The notes: generated by a model from the sequence alone, not told the origin. A stretch of DNA of 63,933 nucleotides, filler included, from Olpidium bornovanus S191 (GCA_017911155.1; 29 parts of 29 records of this genome joined end to end with filler, not necessarily neighbours in it); one strand, 5' to 3'; counted from the whole stretch's first letter, positions 37,130 to 49,928 are shown. Translations and numbers: made by a program.

Positions 37130-39918
37130 ATGGCTGAGTTGGACGAAACCTGTGCGTGCTCCGTTTTCCTCTTCGACGGAGCGAAATCGACGGATGCCGG
37201 CGCCCTTCCCGCGGGCGACGGCGGTGACATCCGCTCCCTCGTGAGGTCGATATATCCTCAGGGTATGGCTTGCCTTACGGACGTCATAACAACCCCGTGC
37301 GTTCGCTGCGAATCCCAAAGCCGGAGCCTGGTCTCACCGCAAAATTCGCTTTGTGCGTGCCCAGTTACCGTCTGCGACGACCGAGCTCTCTTCCGAGCAC
37401 AGCTGAAGGCAGCCCTCAACGCCGCGACCGCGTCTCCGACTCCTGCGCCGCTGTTATTGCTAATAGACGTCGACGAGCTGACTGACGATAATGGAATCGG
37501 CCTCTGGTCATTAAAACAGATCATAGACGACGAACTCGGAGGGTCTGCCGGGCTGGAGTCAACGTCGTGCACAGTAGTTGGTGGGTCGCCCGTACCAGGA
37601 TCCCGTTCGAACAACGTTTTTTCTGAGGTCGTGTGATGTTATCAGACCAGCGCGCGTCAGCGAATCGCTTCCGCGTCCCACGTTACGTCGTTCTCCGAGG
37701 CGTACGTCTCCATTAACGGTGTCCTGCGCTGCCAGTTATTTCGGCGGACAACTCGCCGCTATTTCTGCGGGATGCCGGCATCGAGCACGTTTTGCTAAGG
37801 CCAGTTATGGAATCAGACATAAAGACGTTGTGGCTGGTCAGTGTGCACCCGTCCAGGCCGGCGGAAGCAACTCGCGGGAGAATCTCTTGTTCTGAACCGT
37901 CGTCCACTTTTCAGCACGTTGCGCGGCGGCAGAGACGACTTCAAGGCGAGAAAGCCCGGAGGGCCGCACTGGGCTTGACGAAGCACAAGTCGCGCACAAA
38001 AGTACAACGGATAGCAGACAGGGTCGCAAAATTGGAGCTCGCAACCAGGGACGTTACGACCGCCTTTCTAGAAGACCCGCGAGGGATGTCCGCGGCAAAT
38101 CGGAAACGGACGCAAGAAGAAAATCTTGAGCTCCGGCACCTCTTGGAAGTGTGGGAGAGCGAAGACCAGGTCCGGGAGCAGAAGTTGAATCTGCGACGCC
38201 GGCTACAGTCATGGAATTTCGACCCTCGAAAATTGGAAAGTGAACAGGAGGTCCTCCGATGCGTAGCCTTGCTACTGGAAGAAGCCGCGCACTGGTGCGG
38301 GGGGTTGGCCGCTGTCGGCGTGGACAAACGTACGTTGCATCGCGGCTGGCTCAAGACCGGAAAGCGCAATGCGCCTTCTTGTTCTTTTTTTGCTGTATTT
38401 GTTCTGTAATTTGGCATGTCTGACGAGCCTTTATCAGCAACCCTTCACCGCTTCATTGTTGTGGTTCGTTCGTCCTATAACGAGGCAAATCCGTATCACA
38501 ATTTTCACCACGCAGTCGATGTTTTGCAAGCCACATACTTTTTCTTGAGGCGAATGAAGGTGTTGTTGGACAAGGATCCGGACAAGCCTTTCTTTGCGCA
38601 AGACGGATTCTGCGTCGATCCGGCCTTGATTTTTGCCAGGACGTTCTTCAGGCCGCACGAAGTCTTTGCGCTGCTTGTGGCCGCGCTTTGCCATGATCTT
38701 GGACATCCGGGAGTGAACAACATGTACATGACGACGCAGCGGACAGCGCTGGCCGAACTGTACAACGACACAGCCGTCCTGGAAAACTATCACTCTGCCT
38801 CTCTCTTCGCGCTGTTGAGACGGGAAAAAATATGCTTCTTCGGAGGATGCGGAAGCGAGCCGGCATCGGTGAACTACAGAGAATTCCGTCAGGTTGTGAC
38901 GTCCTCAATTTTGGCGACCGACATGGGCCAGCACACGGATTACGTCAAGAAGGTCCAGGGTCGGCAACATCGGTTTCGCAACCCTCTGGTAGAGAGCTCC
39001 TCGCCGACTTCGGCGATCCCCATTTCCCAGACGGACAAACTGGAGTCGCCGTCATGGTCTCCGCAAGCAGCAAAGCTCCCGGAACTCCGGAGCGAAGACC
39101 GGATCTTGCTTGCCTCGATCTTGGTCAAGTGTGCGGACATCTCTAACCCGGCGAGGCCGTTCTCCATCGCGAGGGATTGGTGCATGGCGCTCATGGAGGA
39201 ATTCGAGATTCAGCGACACATAGAGTGCGGACTCGTCGGCGACGAGGATGAAGTTACCCCGGCGGGCAGTGCCAAGCTCACGATGGAACACATCAACGGG
39301 CAAATATTTTTTATTGACAAGTTCGTCGTTCCGCTCTGGGATGCCGTTGTCGGCGACGAGAACGTGGACAAGGACAAGCCACGGAATTGCGACGTTATGC
39401 TGAACGACGAAGATTTGAGCGGAATGTCCACCCTATGGGGCGGGCTGGAAGAGTTGCGTTACTGCCGGGACATGGTGAACCGGAACCGGCGCGAGTGGGT
39501 CGGCCTCCAGCGGGCGCTCGATTCCCCCCGCGAGCCGCGGCAGCCCGGGAACGACGTCCGCGCGGCGGCCTCCGTCGAGGAGGGCGGGGCTCCCGACCAC
39601 AACTCGCAGCAGCGGCCGTGCGCCGTCGGCCCTTGCCCCAAGCAGTCCCCGCCGGCCTCGGAGAGGGCGGCCCCGCCGGCGCCGCCGCCGGCGGACTGCC
39701 CGAACGGTCCGGCCGCCGCCGAACCGACCCGGCGCGCTTCCCCGCCGAGCGTCGGGCAGGTCGGAGGGAAGTCGGGGCGGGGCCGCGTCAAAATCGTGAC
39801 GTCCTTCTCCGGGCAGCAGTCCCCGGAGCCGGCGTTCGACTCCCGCGTTCGCACCGCCGCGTACCACGCTTCCAACACCGGCATCCAGCGCTTCGAAGCA
39901 CCCATCACTCACTTATAG
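37130..39918 (+). CDS. PDE2: Class I (high-affinity) cAMP phosphodiesterase, multi-exon
   Basis: NPYHNFHHAVDVLQ, HDLGHPGVNN, LYNDTAVLENYH, LATDM, KCADISNP, GQIFFI. Confidence 0.93.
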
Positions 39919-40636
39919 TTCCGCTCTTTGGGCTCGTCCGATTTTTTTTTGGTTTTCTTTTCTCATCTACCCCTCCCCACTCCTCCCTCCCCTTCACTTC
40001 CTCTTATGTTTGGTTTGTCGCATACACTACCACTCCCCCCACTTTCCCCCTCCCCCACCCCCTCACCCTTCACCCTTCCAACCCAAACAATCTCTTCCCC
40101 TACACCACAAACACACACACACGCATATGAGTAAACCCTCGACAGCATGCTTTCCCAATGATGTCCGAAACTTAAAACGCGCGGTGGCTCGTCCGCTTTA
40201 TACCCGCAGAACGAGAAACTTTTTTTTTCGACTTTTACCTAAAAGAACCGGATTTCGTTCGTGAAGGCGAAAAAAAAAAAAAAAAAAGATAGAAAGGGAA
40301 AGAGGAAAAAAAAAAAACCGGCCCGGACTCCAGGGAAACTTGGGCGGTGGTGTCGAGTGGGGTGGTTTGGGGGGGGGGTTGGGGCGGGGGGGGGGGGGGG
40401 GGGGAGAAAGGTGTTGAATTCGCGATCTGAACGAGCTCTGAAGAGCTTCTATTTTTCTGTGCTGAATTCTGCCTTTTATAGGAGGGCGTTTCAGAGTATA
40501 ACGCGGGTAAACAAATAAGTTTCAAGGGTGTTTCAGAGGTAAAACGTATGGGGGTGAATGCATGGGGGTGAGGCGTTTCAGAAGGAAGCGCAGTTTTTCT
40601 TCCCGACACCCCGCCTCACTGTACACTATAGCGCCC

Positions 40637-41096
40637 ATGGTTCTGTTGATCCGAATCACTCGCTCTGAGCGAGGCATCGCTCTCAACCAGGAACACTACG
40701 TCCGACAATTAGCTGAACGATTCTTGATGACGGGAGTGACTCCGACAGTGACGCCAATGGAGCCGGGTTTAGGTCTGTTTCCTCATTCAGAGGGCGAAGA
40801 GGCCACTGACTCCAAGTGATACCTCGAGATGGTCAGTTCCTTGCTCTACTTGGCAACGTGCACGCGGCCCGACATCGCGCAGGTGGTATCAGTGCTGTCC
40901 CAATACAACAGCAACTCCTCGCGTGCGCACATGGGCGCAGCAAAGAGAGTCCTTCGATACCTTATCAGCACTGCGGCTTATGGACTGTTCTTCCCTCACC
41001 AAAGCACCACACGCAATACCGACGGTGAGTTAATCAGCGCGGCAACGTCGCTCATAGGCTTTACAGACTCGGATTGGGCCGGCGACACCACCGATC
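40637..41096 (+). mobile_element. Ty1/copia RT C-terminus and start of RNase H, TGA at 40817
   Basis: LNQEHYVRQLAERF...TPME; VSSLLYLATCTRPDIAQVVSVLSQY...HMGAAKRVLRYL; IGFTDSDWAGD. Confidence 0.95.
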
Positions 41097-41196
41097 NNNN
41101 NNNNNNNNNNNNNNNNNNNNNNNNNNNNNNNNNNNNNNNNTTAATTAATTAANNNNNNNNNNNNNNNNNNNNNNNNNNNNNNNNNNNNNNNNNNNN

Positions 41197-42406
41197 CATG
41201 GCCCGCGCCTCCACCAGCGCCACTGCTGGCGTTGCCAATCCCCCAGCAAGGGGTGATGTTCATTCCGGTGCGCAGGAGGTGCTCCAATTGATCCCGGAAG
41301 GGCTCCGTGTGGTCCAACACGGGCCGCGGTATCTCAGCAGCGGAGGGCCCAACTCTGTCCCGATCCGGTGGCGACGGCACCATGCCGTTGCGCTGCAGCG
41401 GAGTGAACCTCTCAACGTGATTCGCAAGGAATTCGTGCAGCTCCTCCCACGTGAAGTCGCCCACGGACCTCGGCGACGAGGGATTAGGCTGTGGCGACGG
41501 CTGCGGCCCTGCTGACGTGCCGTTGGAGTTGCCGTTTTGACTGTTTCCGCCTTTGTGGCCGTGTGACGAACGCGGATCTGAGTTCAGCTTTGAAGGCCCA
41601 AGGTGCGCGAGCTGGCTCGATGGCAAAACGGCAGAGGTGGACACGGGAGTTCCTGGTGATGGCGGTCCCGCTGCGTCCGGGGGCAGGCGGGCTGCGTCAC
41701 CAGCCAGCAACTGATCGAGGTTTGGCGAGACGTGGCTCTCGTGACCGTTTGCTATCCCGCAACTGCTATTGGCGACCTGGGTGACGTCTTCGCGAGATTC
41801 CTTCGCAGCACCCGGTCCTGGTCCGTTGTGGTTTACGGCGCCGACGCCGTTGCCGACGTTCGCCCTTCCGCTGCGGTCAGCTCCGTCACCGGTGGAACGA
41901 GGTTCCGCAACGGCACCATCGCCGGTAGACCTGCTGTCGCCGTTGCTGCTGCAACCGCCGTTGCTGTCGCCCGATATACGCCTGACGCGCGAATGTCCGG
42001 GCGTCGTCAAGTAAGGCAGCAGCGCCGGCCGGCTCCACGCAATACGGTGACTCCGAGTGCATCCTGTCGAACAGGTGGCGACCCCTCGTCCGCCCGACGT
42101 TGCGGCCAAAGACGAGGCAAACGTCCCTCCTCTCCATGCTGCAGCCGAACACGAGACGGCCACTCCTCGGCTCGACGACCCAGCTGCGCAAGCAGCAGCA
42201 GCGGCCGGGACTGTCGGCGGCAGTGGTCGCGGGACCTGGCCCGCACCCGCGGCTCCGCGCGTTCTACAAAAGGGGCGGACGGGAGCACGCGGCAGCGTGT
42301 GGCTGGCGCCGTGGTGGAAGGGGCGGCGGCAGCCGACGCTGCAGCATGGCAGCAGCGCCGCAAAGGTCGAAGGTCTGCAGCAGCGGCAGAGGTGGCGGTA
42401 GGCCAT
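41197..42406 (-). CDS. Hypothetical low-complexity protein, possibly retroelement-derived (3' partial)
   Basis: About 400-codon open frame ending DFTWEELHEFLANHVERF...; no family recognised. Confidence 0.35.
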
Positions 42407-43297
42407 CTTGTCCGCCGCGCCGTCGCCTCTTTTACCGAATCCGCGGGCGAACGGAAAGCTCCTGGGAGGTCCTTCGGGGGGCCAATTGGGGCCCCTTCGG
42501 CCGGGGTCACGTGATGTGCTGCGGGCGGTGGCGAAAACTCACCGACACACGCAATCCGCCAACGGACACACGGGGAAAAACCTTCCAGGGATTTTTGATG
42601 CCGGGTAGGTCACGTGATTTATTTTGTTTCAAACCCCTCCGCAGACCTCGCGCTGCCTCTTGGCGCCACGTTTGCTGCCACCGCTTTTCGATCGCGCCAC
42701 AAGCACCGGCCGCCAGAGATTTGTCTTCAAGTTCGCCATCCGCCAGCCCCGAGTCCGCGTCAACTACATCACCGCCGTCGCTGACATTGCCGTCCGCCCG
42801 ACTGCCGAGTTGCCGACGATGTCGCCATCGCAGTGGCCCCCTGGTCGCCGTTATACCCGACTGCCCACCAACCGCGGTCAGCTGTGTGCGTCATCAGCCG
42901 CCCGCTTGCCGTCGACGTCACCACAGTCACCGTTGTTGTATTAGAAAATCCCCCATACCACCGTCACCACCGATGGCGTCCCCGTCACCGCCTGCAAGAC
43001 ATTACCATGNNNNNNNNNNNNNNNNNNNNNNNNNNNNNNNNNNNNNNNNNNNNTTAATTAATTAANNNNNNNNNNNNNNNNNNNNNNNNNNNNNNNNNNN
43101 NNNNNNNNNCATGGTACAGGGCATTTGTTGATCGTGGTTTGAAGTTTTCAGTATCGTTGTCGCATAGCTAATTTGGGTCAGCTCCTTCAAACCGAAACAC
43201 AACGTTGGTCCGCGTTTCGGGAGATGAGGCAGCCTGTGCGGGACTTTTTGCAAAGCTTTTGGCGTCCTAGCGGTTCGCCTTCTGCAAATTTTTGTAT

Positions 43298-44717
43298 CTA
43301 CCCTTCTATCCCAACAGCCCGTTTGGCCGAAATGACGACGTTGTCGATTAACATCGCCACGGTCATTGGGCCTACGCCGCCCGGAACGGGGGTAACCGCG
43401 GAGGCGACCCTTGAAGCTCCCTCGTAGTCGACGTCGCCAACCCACCGGGTGCCGCTCTTTTTCGACAAGTCTATACAGCGTTTTTGCGAAACTGTTCGTG
43501 AGACTGAACATCTTTGCGCAGAAAGTTCTTGATGAGAGCGATGTAGACGTACCCGGCACGCTATTCATTCCCACATCGATAACGACCGCCCCAGGCTTGA
43601 TCCACTCGCCGCGGATATACTCCGCCCGGCCGATAGCAGCGACTAGTATGTCCGCGTGGCAAATGATATTAGGGAGTTCCCGGGTCTTGGAGTGGCACAG
43701 GGTGACTGTGGCGTCGGCGGCGGTCAAGAGAGCCGCGACCGGCGCGCCCTTTTCCAGCCGCAGGCAGCGTCAGACGAAAAAGTCCGATGTCGTAGTGTCC
43801 CAGTCTGCAAACAGCGACATACCACGAGGTCGCTCCGCCCGACCACGACGGCCGTTTTACCAGCGACTTCTGTCCCCGACCACCTGAGAAGCTCCATGAC
43901 GCCCTTGGGTGTACACGGCACGAACAGCGGGCGGGGATTCCGCTTGGACAGTGCGCCGACGTTCGTAGGATGCAGACCGTCAACGTCCTTTCGCGGATCG
44001 ATAGCGTCCGTGACCGCCGCATCGTTTATGCTCTCCGGTAGCGGGAGTTGGACCAGGATCCCGTGGACGGAGGGGTCCGCATTGAGCTTCTTGACGACAT
44101 CCAATAGCTGAAATGGTCGATAGCTGAGATTGAAAACCCCTGACTTCCGCTAAAACGCCTTGAAACCTCGGAAAGACGAACGCAGCAAGGCCGTCCAATC
44201 CGTTTCGCGCGGGAAGTTAAACTTTACCTCTTCTTGCGAGACGCCCTCCGACAGCTTCACGGACCGCGTTTCCACACCGGCCTACGAAGGGAGGAACGCT
44301 CACTTTTTAAGGCCCCCAGATTCGGGACCACGGCGCACGTGGGGGAGCGGGGACGAACACTTTCTCGTCACGCACCGCTGCCGCCGCCTTTTCCTTCATG
44401 CGGATGTAAGCGTTCGAGTCCTCTCGCGCCCCGACCTGCACGATCGCCAGCGTAGGACTGAACCTCGGGTTCTGGTCGCGGAGGATCGCGACCTCCTCCT
44501 TCAGCTTTGCCCGTATCGCCCTGCCAGGCGCGAAAGACAGAAAACGACGCGGGGAAGTCAACATCACCAAAGCCAAGGAGGGTGGGAGGATCTTCCGCGA
44601 AGGCTAGTCATCAAAGACTGCCGACGGCATCGCCGACTGATTGGCTCCGTACTTCGCGGCGCTTGTCCCGTCAATCACGGCGGCCGTGCCGGACTGCCGT
44701 TCGTCCGCAATCTCCAT
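43298..44717 (-). CDS. Methylenetetrahydrofolate dehydrogenase/cyclohydrolase (C1-THF synthase N-terminal type), multi-exon; possible longer presequence up to 44996
   Basis: [86 protein letters not shown], then TAG. Confidence 0.93.
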
Positions 44718-45180
44718 GTCGCCCAAGGGTCGCGCGTGGTGCCGTCGTCGGGTGCGCAGGAAGCAAGCGTTCCAAGGAAGGAGCGGCGGCGGAGGCGCTG
44801 GAAACCGGGCGCGGACAAGATTGCAGCAATGCCAGCGACCGCGCGGCGGCGCGTAACGAACGAAAGAAGCGCAGGCACGCCACCGGTCCGCGGCGGAAAA
44901 CGGAAAGGCGCGAGATCGACGGGCGGGCCGCAACACTTCCGGTACGCAGTGAGGTGGGAGCAGGGGTAGCGAGATTCTTGCTGGGGTTCTGTTCATCCGC
45001 CGACCGGGCCGGCTTTGGTTATGCTTTTTACAACCTGCCGGCGCTGGTGGTGGCGCTGGTGGTGGCGCTGATAGTGGCGGNNNNNNNNNNNNNNNNNNNN
45101 NNNNNNNNNNNNNNNNNNNNNNNNTTAATTAATTAANNNNNNNNNNNNNNNNNNNNNNNNNNNNNNNNNNNNNNNNNNNN

Positions 45181-46014
45181 CCACCGGAGGGCGGCCGACG
45201 TCAAATACGAGGTTGCGAGGGCGATCTTGCCACGCTCGGATATCGAGGAAAAGTTGAAGACTCGCTTCAACGCGGCGATCCAGGTGAAGAAGAGTGAGGC
45301 TGCGCCTTCTCCGGTATATTTTGGAATGGCCGCAATGAGTGACTTCCGTATGTCCTTCTCTTCGGAGGACAACGCATGACTCGCATGAGTCGTGGCTGAA
45401 CTTGAAGCTACCGAGGCAATACTTTCAGCGGGGGACGGGCCACGGCGGCGACGGTCTTCCCCGTCTTTGTCGCGATCGTCGTTGCGGCCGCGGTGGCCCT
45501 GCGGCTCGTCCTCGCGCATCGAAAGTGCCTTGAGTAGCTGTTCGATTTGGTTTTCCTTGCGAGCGAGTTCTTGCCGCGTCTGCTCGAACATACGACGAAC
45601 TTCTTCGGCCGAAACAAACTCGGAAGTGTTCTTCTCGATGGCCGGGGAGCCAGAAGCGCTGGTTCCCTGAGGCTCGAGGTGTTCCACGGCTTGTGGAGCT
45701 GAGGACGGAAGCGGGGTCAGCTGCGCAGCGCTTTTCGGTCCAGGCTTCTCAGGACCGGACGACGTGCCCGACTCCGCTGCTGCTTTTCCTTTCTCACGAA
45801 AGGCAGAGGCGTAGCCAAGGCCAAGCTGAGAGTTCTTCGTACCGCGGCCGCCGAGGCGCGCCGCGTCCTCCCTGGCCGCAAGCGCGCGGGGGGAAGGGCT
45901 CCTCCCAACGGTCATGGTCGATCCGAGATCGAAGGTTGAGCTCGTTGTCGAGGAGAGAAGAGCGGAGAAACACATAAACAAACCAAGGTACGCTCCGGAC
46001 AACGAGTTCCTCAA
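45181..46014 (-). mobile_element. Ty3/gypsy-type gag ORF (3' partial)
   Basis: Disordered N-terminus, coiled coil, then IPKYTGEG...FTWIAALKRVF...KIALATSYLTSAALRW. Confidence 0.85.
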
Positions 46015-46086
46015 GCCCGTCGCCTTCCGGCCGGCCCAGTACTTGACAGGAAAAGAGGAGTAATCGAGGTCTCTCAGAGAGTCTTT

Positions 46087-46098
46087 GGGCTCATAACC
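46087..46098 (-). promoter_or_regulatory. PBS GGTTATGAGCCC upstream of the 45181-46014 gag
   Basis: Exact 12-mer, about 70 nt upstream of the gag ORF on the same strand. Confidence 0.8.
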
Positions 46099-46239
46099 TC
46101 TGAGCTGAGCGGCTCAGAGGACAGTGGTGTACGGTCTGGTTTTGTTTACTTTTATTGTGTATGGTAGAGCAACTTTGGAGGGTTGCTTGGGAAGCCCTGT
46201 TTGGCTGGGGTCACCCAAAATCAGAGTCACGTGACCCAC

Positions 46240-46638
46240 ACAGAAAAGTGCGTCAACAGAGGCGCGGCAGCACTGACCAACTTCGTCACCAAGCTGGAAA
46301 TGGCCGCCGAACGAGGGGGGTTCAGCAGCGAGGAAACACTGGACTTGGCTGTCAACAGACTCGTAGGTCAAGCCGCTACGCTTTGGCAAAACCATGCGAG
46401 GACGCACCCGCGGGGGACCGCACTAAGGTGAAAACGTTGGGAGGAACTCCGAGATGCACTCACCAAAAACATCTACCCGAGGGAGCATCTCCAAGCAGCA
46501 ACAGCTAAGCTGATGGAGATAAGCCAGCAGAGCTGCGGCAACGACGTCGAGAAATTCACTGAGACGTTCAACACACTCTACATGGAACTTCCTACTCCAA
46601 GGGATGAGCACACGAGGACAATCAAGTTCCATATGGGA
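46240..46638 (+). mobile_element. Second copy of the contig-1 gag family, pseudogenised (TGA at 46429)
   Basis: RWEELRDALTKNIYPREHLQ...DVEKFTETFNTLYMELPTPRDEHTRTIKFHMG aligns with TWSDLKDALNEHFFFPREHYR...DLEKNIEQFNELYMQLPPPKNELYWTMKFHEG. Confidence 0.85.
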
Positions 46639-47078
46639 NNNNNNNNNNNNNNNNNNNNNNNNNNNNNNNNNNNNNNNNNNNNTTAATTAATTAANNNNNN
46701 NNNNNNNNNNNNNNNNNNNNNNNNNNNNNNNNNNNNNNCATGAACCGAAGTCAGCCCGCCGAATAATTGGGCACAAAGGATGTCAGCAGAAAGATGCGGC
46801 CGAAACGACTGCGGATGGGGGAACGGTTTTTTGGTTTTTGTTTCGTCCTTCCTTCCCTTTCCCCAGCCCTTCCTGGTTTTTTTTTTTTTTTTCGCACGGG
46901 ACCAAGACGGGCGCAAAACCCGATGTTTGTCGTGATTTGAGATCCGGGTTAACCGGGTGGCAGGTTTTGTTTCTTTTTTTTTTCGCACAAATTGGCAGAC
47001 TGACTCCCCCCTTTCCTTCTTGTTTCCGGCGAAAAAGTTTCGTCACACTACACTGCCCGGTCGGGTTTGCACCCCGCG

Positions 47079-47115
<37 letters not shown>

Positions 47116-47641
47116 ACGGGCAACCCGCTCGCGTACCAAAACTGCTGGGAATGCCCCGCCCCCGTCCCGGGCTGGTTGTTAGCAAAATGGAATACCCCCA
47201 GAGCCGAAAACGCACCGCAAATTCGGGGGGGTTGACGGGGTTTTGATTTCGACAGGTTCAAGTGGCGCAAGCGTATGCCGCCGCCGCCCACCGTCCTGAA
47301 GCCACGGCATTGGTTGTGATATCCTCGTGGCTTTTCCTGTGCTGACGCCACAGGTTGCGTTGTGCCGCCCTCGTTGCGTGAAGTTATTGAGGGCGATCGC
47401 GTCGATGTCTCGGGGAGACGCCTTGGATATAAGTTATATACACGTATATGCAGACACTTTTGTAGCCCCAGGAGACGCAAGAAGTTAAAATGCCTTTCGC
47501 CCGCCTCCCCAAGTGTGTCTCACGCGCCAGACCTGCCGCCGCACATTGACACGCCATCCATAATTTGCCTTTGCTCTCTCGGAGTATCGCACGGCAAGTT
47601 ATTACACGGGCGCTTCAAAAACAAAAAAGTGCAAACAGCCG

Positions 47642-48591
47642 TCATCGTCCCCCCCTGCCAGGCTCGCCCGAGTGTATGCCCGAGTTCGTTCCGAGCCGCA
47701 GCTCCTTGTTGATCTCCTCAACCCGCCGGCGCAGCGCGTCCACGTCGGCCAGACGTTCCTTGAGCCTCGCAATCTCGTGCGCGCGCGAAACGCTCTCCTC
47801 GTCGGCACCGATCTTAGACAACTCCCATTGACCGTGATCGCCCGACAGACGAAGCAGAAACTTGTGGTACTTGAAGAGCGAGGGTCGGTGGGATATGGTC
47901 ACTAGAGCTGCGAGAAAAGCAAAATTTAGGGGCAAATTTCTGTGGACGCCGGTAGACGAGTTCCAAGAAAAGATACGCCCGCAGAAGCGAACATCTCAGT
48001 AGATGACATACTGATTCCCATTTCTTTCGCCTCGCTGTACATTAGCCATTCGACATCAGCTGATACGGCGCTGGTGCCTGTTGCCAGATCAAAATTGTCG
48101 ACTCAGTCAGCCGTGTTTAACATAAGAGAGGACTGCATACAACGCAAAAGCCCTGTCCAAAAACCGCAGCCTTGGCGAAGAAACAAAAAAAACGTGGGCC
48201 GGAAAACAAGAAATAAAATAGCGCTTTTGTCCCCGGACACTTACACTCGTCCAGGATGGCGTACTTGGGGTGGTGGTAGAACAACCTGGCCATGCCGACG
48301 CGCTGTTTCTCACCGCCAGAAAAAACATCCTTCCATTCCTTTTTGGTTTCCCACCCCCCTTCACGTTCGGGAATGTACGCAAGGTGGACGAGGCGCAATA
48401 TCTTCAAAAGATCCTCGTCCGTGCGCCCTTCCTTTCGCATCTGCGTCAAAGAATGCGGGTAGATAATCCTGCATGTTTTTTTTTGACACACACGAGACGC
48501 AGGACGGGGACGCGCGAACGTGCGGTGGTGAACGATTATCGCACAGCGCAAACGGCTCATCGTTAATGGGAGAGGTGAACTCAACTGGTCG
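47642..48591 (-). CDS. PXA1: Peroxisomal ABCD half-transporter, C-terminal NBD exons
   Basis: DQIIYP...[54 protein letters not shown]. Confidence 0.9.
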
Positions 48592-49222
48592 NNNNNNNNN
48601 NNNNNNNNNNNNNNNNNNNNNNNNNNNNNNNNNNNTTAATTAATTAANNNNNNNNNNNNNNNNNNNNNNNNNNNNNNNNNNNNNNNNNNNNCCATGTCGT
48701 CGTACGCCACGTCGTCCTCAGCGAGCAAGCCTGAAAACAGCGCCCGCCCGGTCGTCATACTTGCCCGCGCCCCGCCCGCGAGTGACTTGACACCACCCCT
48801 GTCCACGACGCCTACACGGTCCACCAACCGCGCCCAATCACACCAGTCCTGCCCGGGAGCGCCTCTGTGGGATCCCTTCGTGGGGCCCGTAGATATTAGG
48901 GGGCAGAGGTGCGTGGCCCGCCGGGGGCAACTTACGTCGGGCTGGTCGGTTGGCGCTCAAACAAGCTCGGCGCCGTCGACACCCGTGGTCAACGCGCTCG
49001 TCGACGGCTTCGTTGATCCCGCCGCACCACGCCAACGCCGTACTCCTTGCCTGCCCCTACCGTGTCGGAGCGACAGGGGCCTCAACCGTCAACATTCCCT
49101 CGGCGGGCGACGGGTTGGGCGTTGCCCCCATCAACTCGCGACTGCGCCGAGTCGTCAGGCGGTTCGTTCGCCTCGAGTTTTTTATTGTGTTTGGGGGAGG
49201 GGCTCTACTCGCCTCTGTAGAA

Positions 49223-49480
49223 TGTCAGGGTTACCCTGGTATAAACCGTGAAAAAAGGCCAGGTGGGCGCCAAATACTCATCGAGTATTAGGTTTAGGTT
49301 AAGCTTAAAAAAGGTAGGAAGCCCCGTTGACGTTTTATTCTGGTTTTCATTGGTCTATTTTCAAAGGGGTTCCTTTTCCGGTAAACTTTTCCTGGGGTTC
49401 CTTTTTCCGTTGAACTTCCCCCCTCGGGGAATTTTATTCCGGCCTTCCTATCCAAAATTTCCGGGCTGCCCCCCCCCCCC
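49223..49480. repeat. Second, partial copy of the 4283-4662 LTR
   Basis: tgtcagggttaccctggtataaaccgt...ccaggtgggcgccaaatactcatcgagt...aggtttaggttaag...ttattctggttttcattggtc shared with 4283 onward. Confidence 0.9.
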
Positions 49481-49673
49481 CCCCGAGAACTCCCTTTGAC
49501 TCTCGTCAGGACGCCTACGCTCTGGGACGGCTAAAATCAGATAGAGAATGGCGGGTTTACTACGGCTTCCAACAGAGAAATCCACCCTTCAATTCGCATC
49601 CCATCTCGCTTCAGGCTTCGCGTAGGCGCCGTCCCGTCGTCTCCTGGGCTCGTTTTGCCACGGCCGCAAGCTT

Positions 49674-49764
<91 letters not shown>

Positions 49765-49928
49765 AAAAAAAGGGGGGGGGGGGGGGAGGGAGGNNNNNNN
49801 NNNNNNNNNNNNNNNNNNNNNNNNNNNNNNNNNNNNNTTAATTAATTAANNNNNNNNNNNNNNNNNNNNNNNNNNNNNNNNNNNNNNNNNNNNACCCCCC
49901 TTCCCCCCCCCCCCCCGTTCACGACGTC

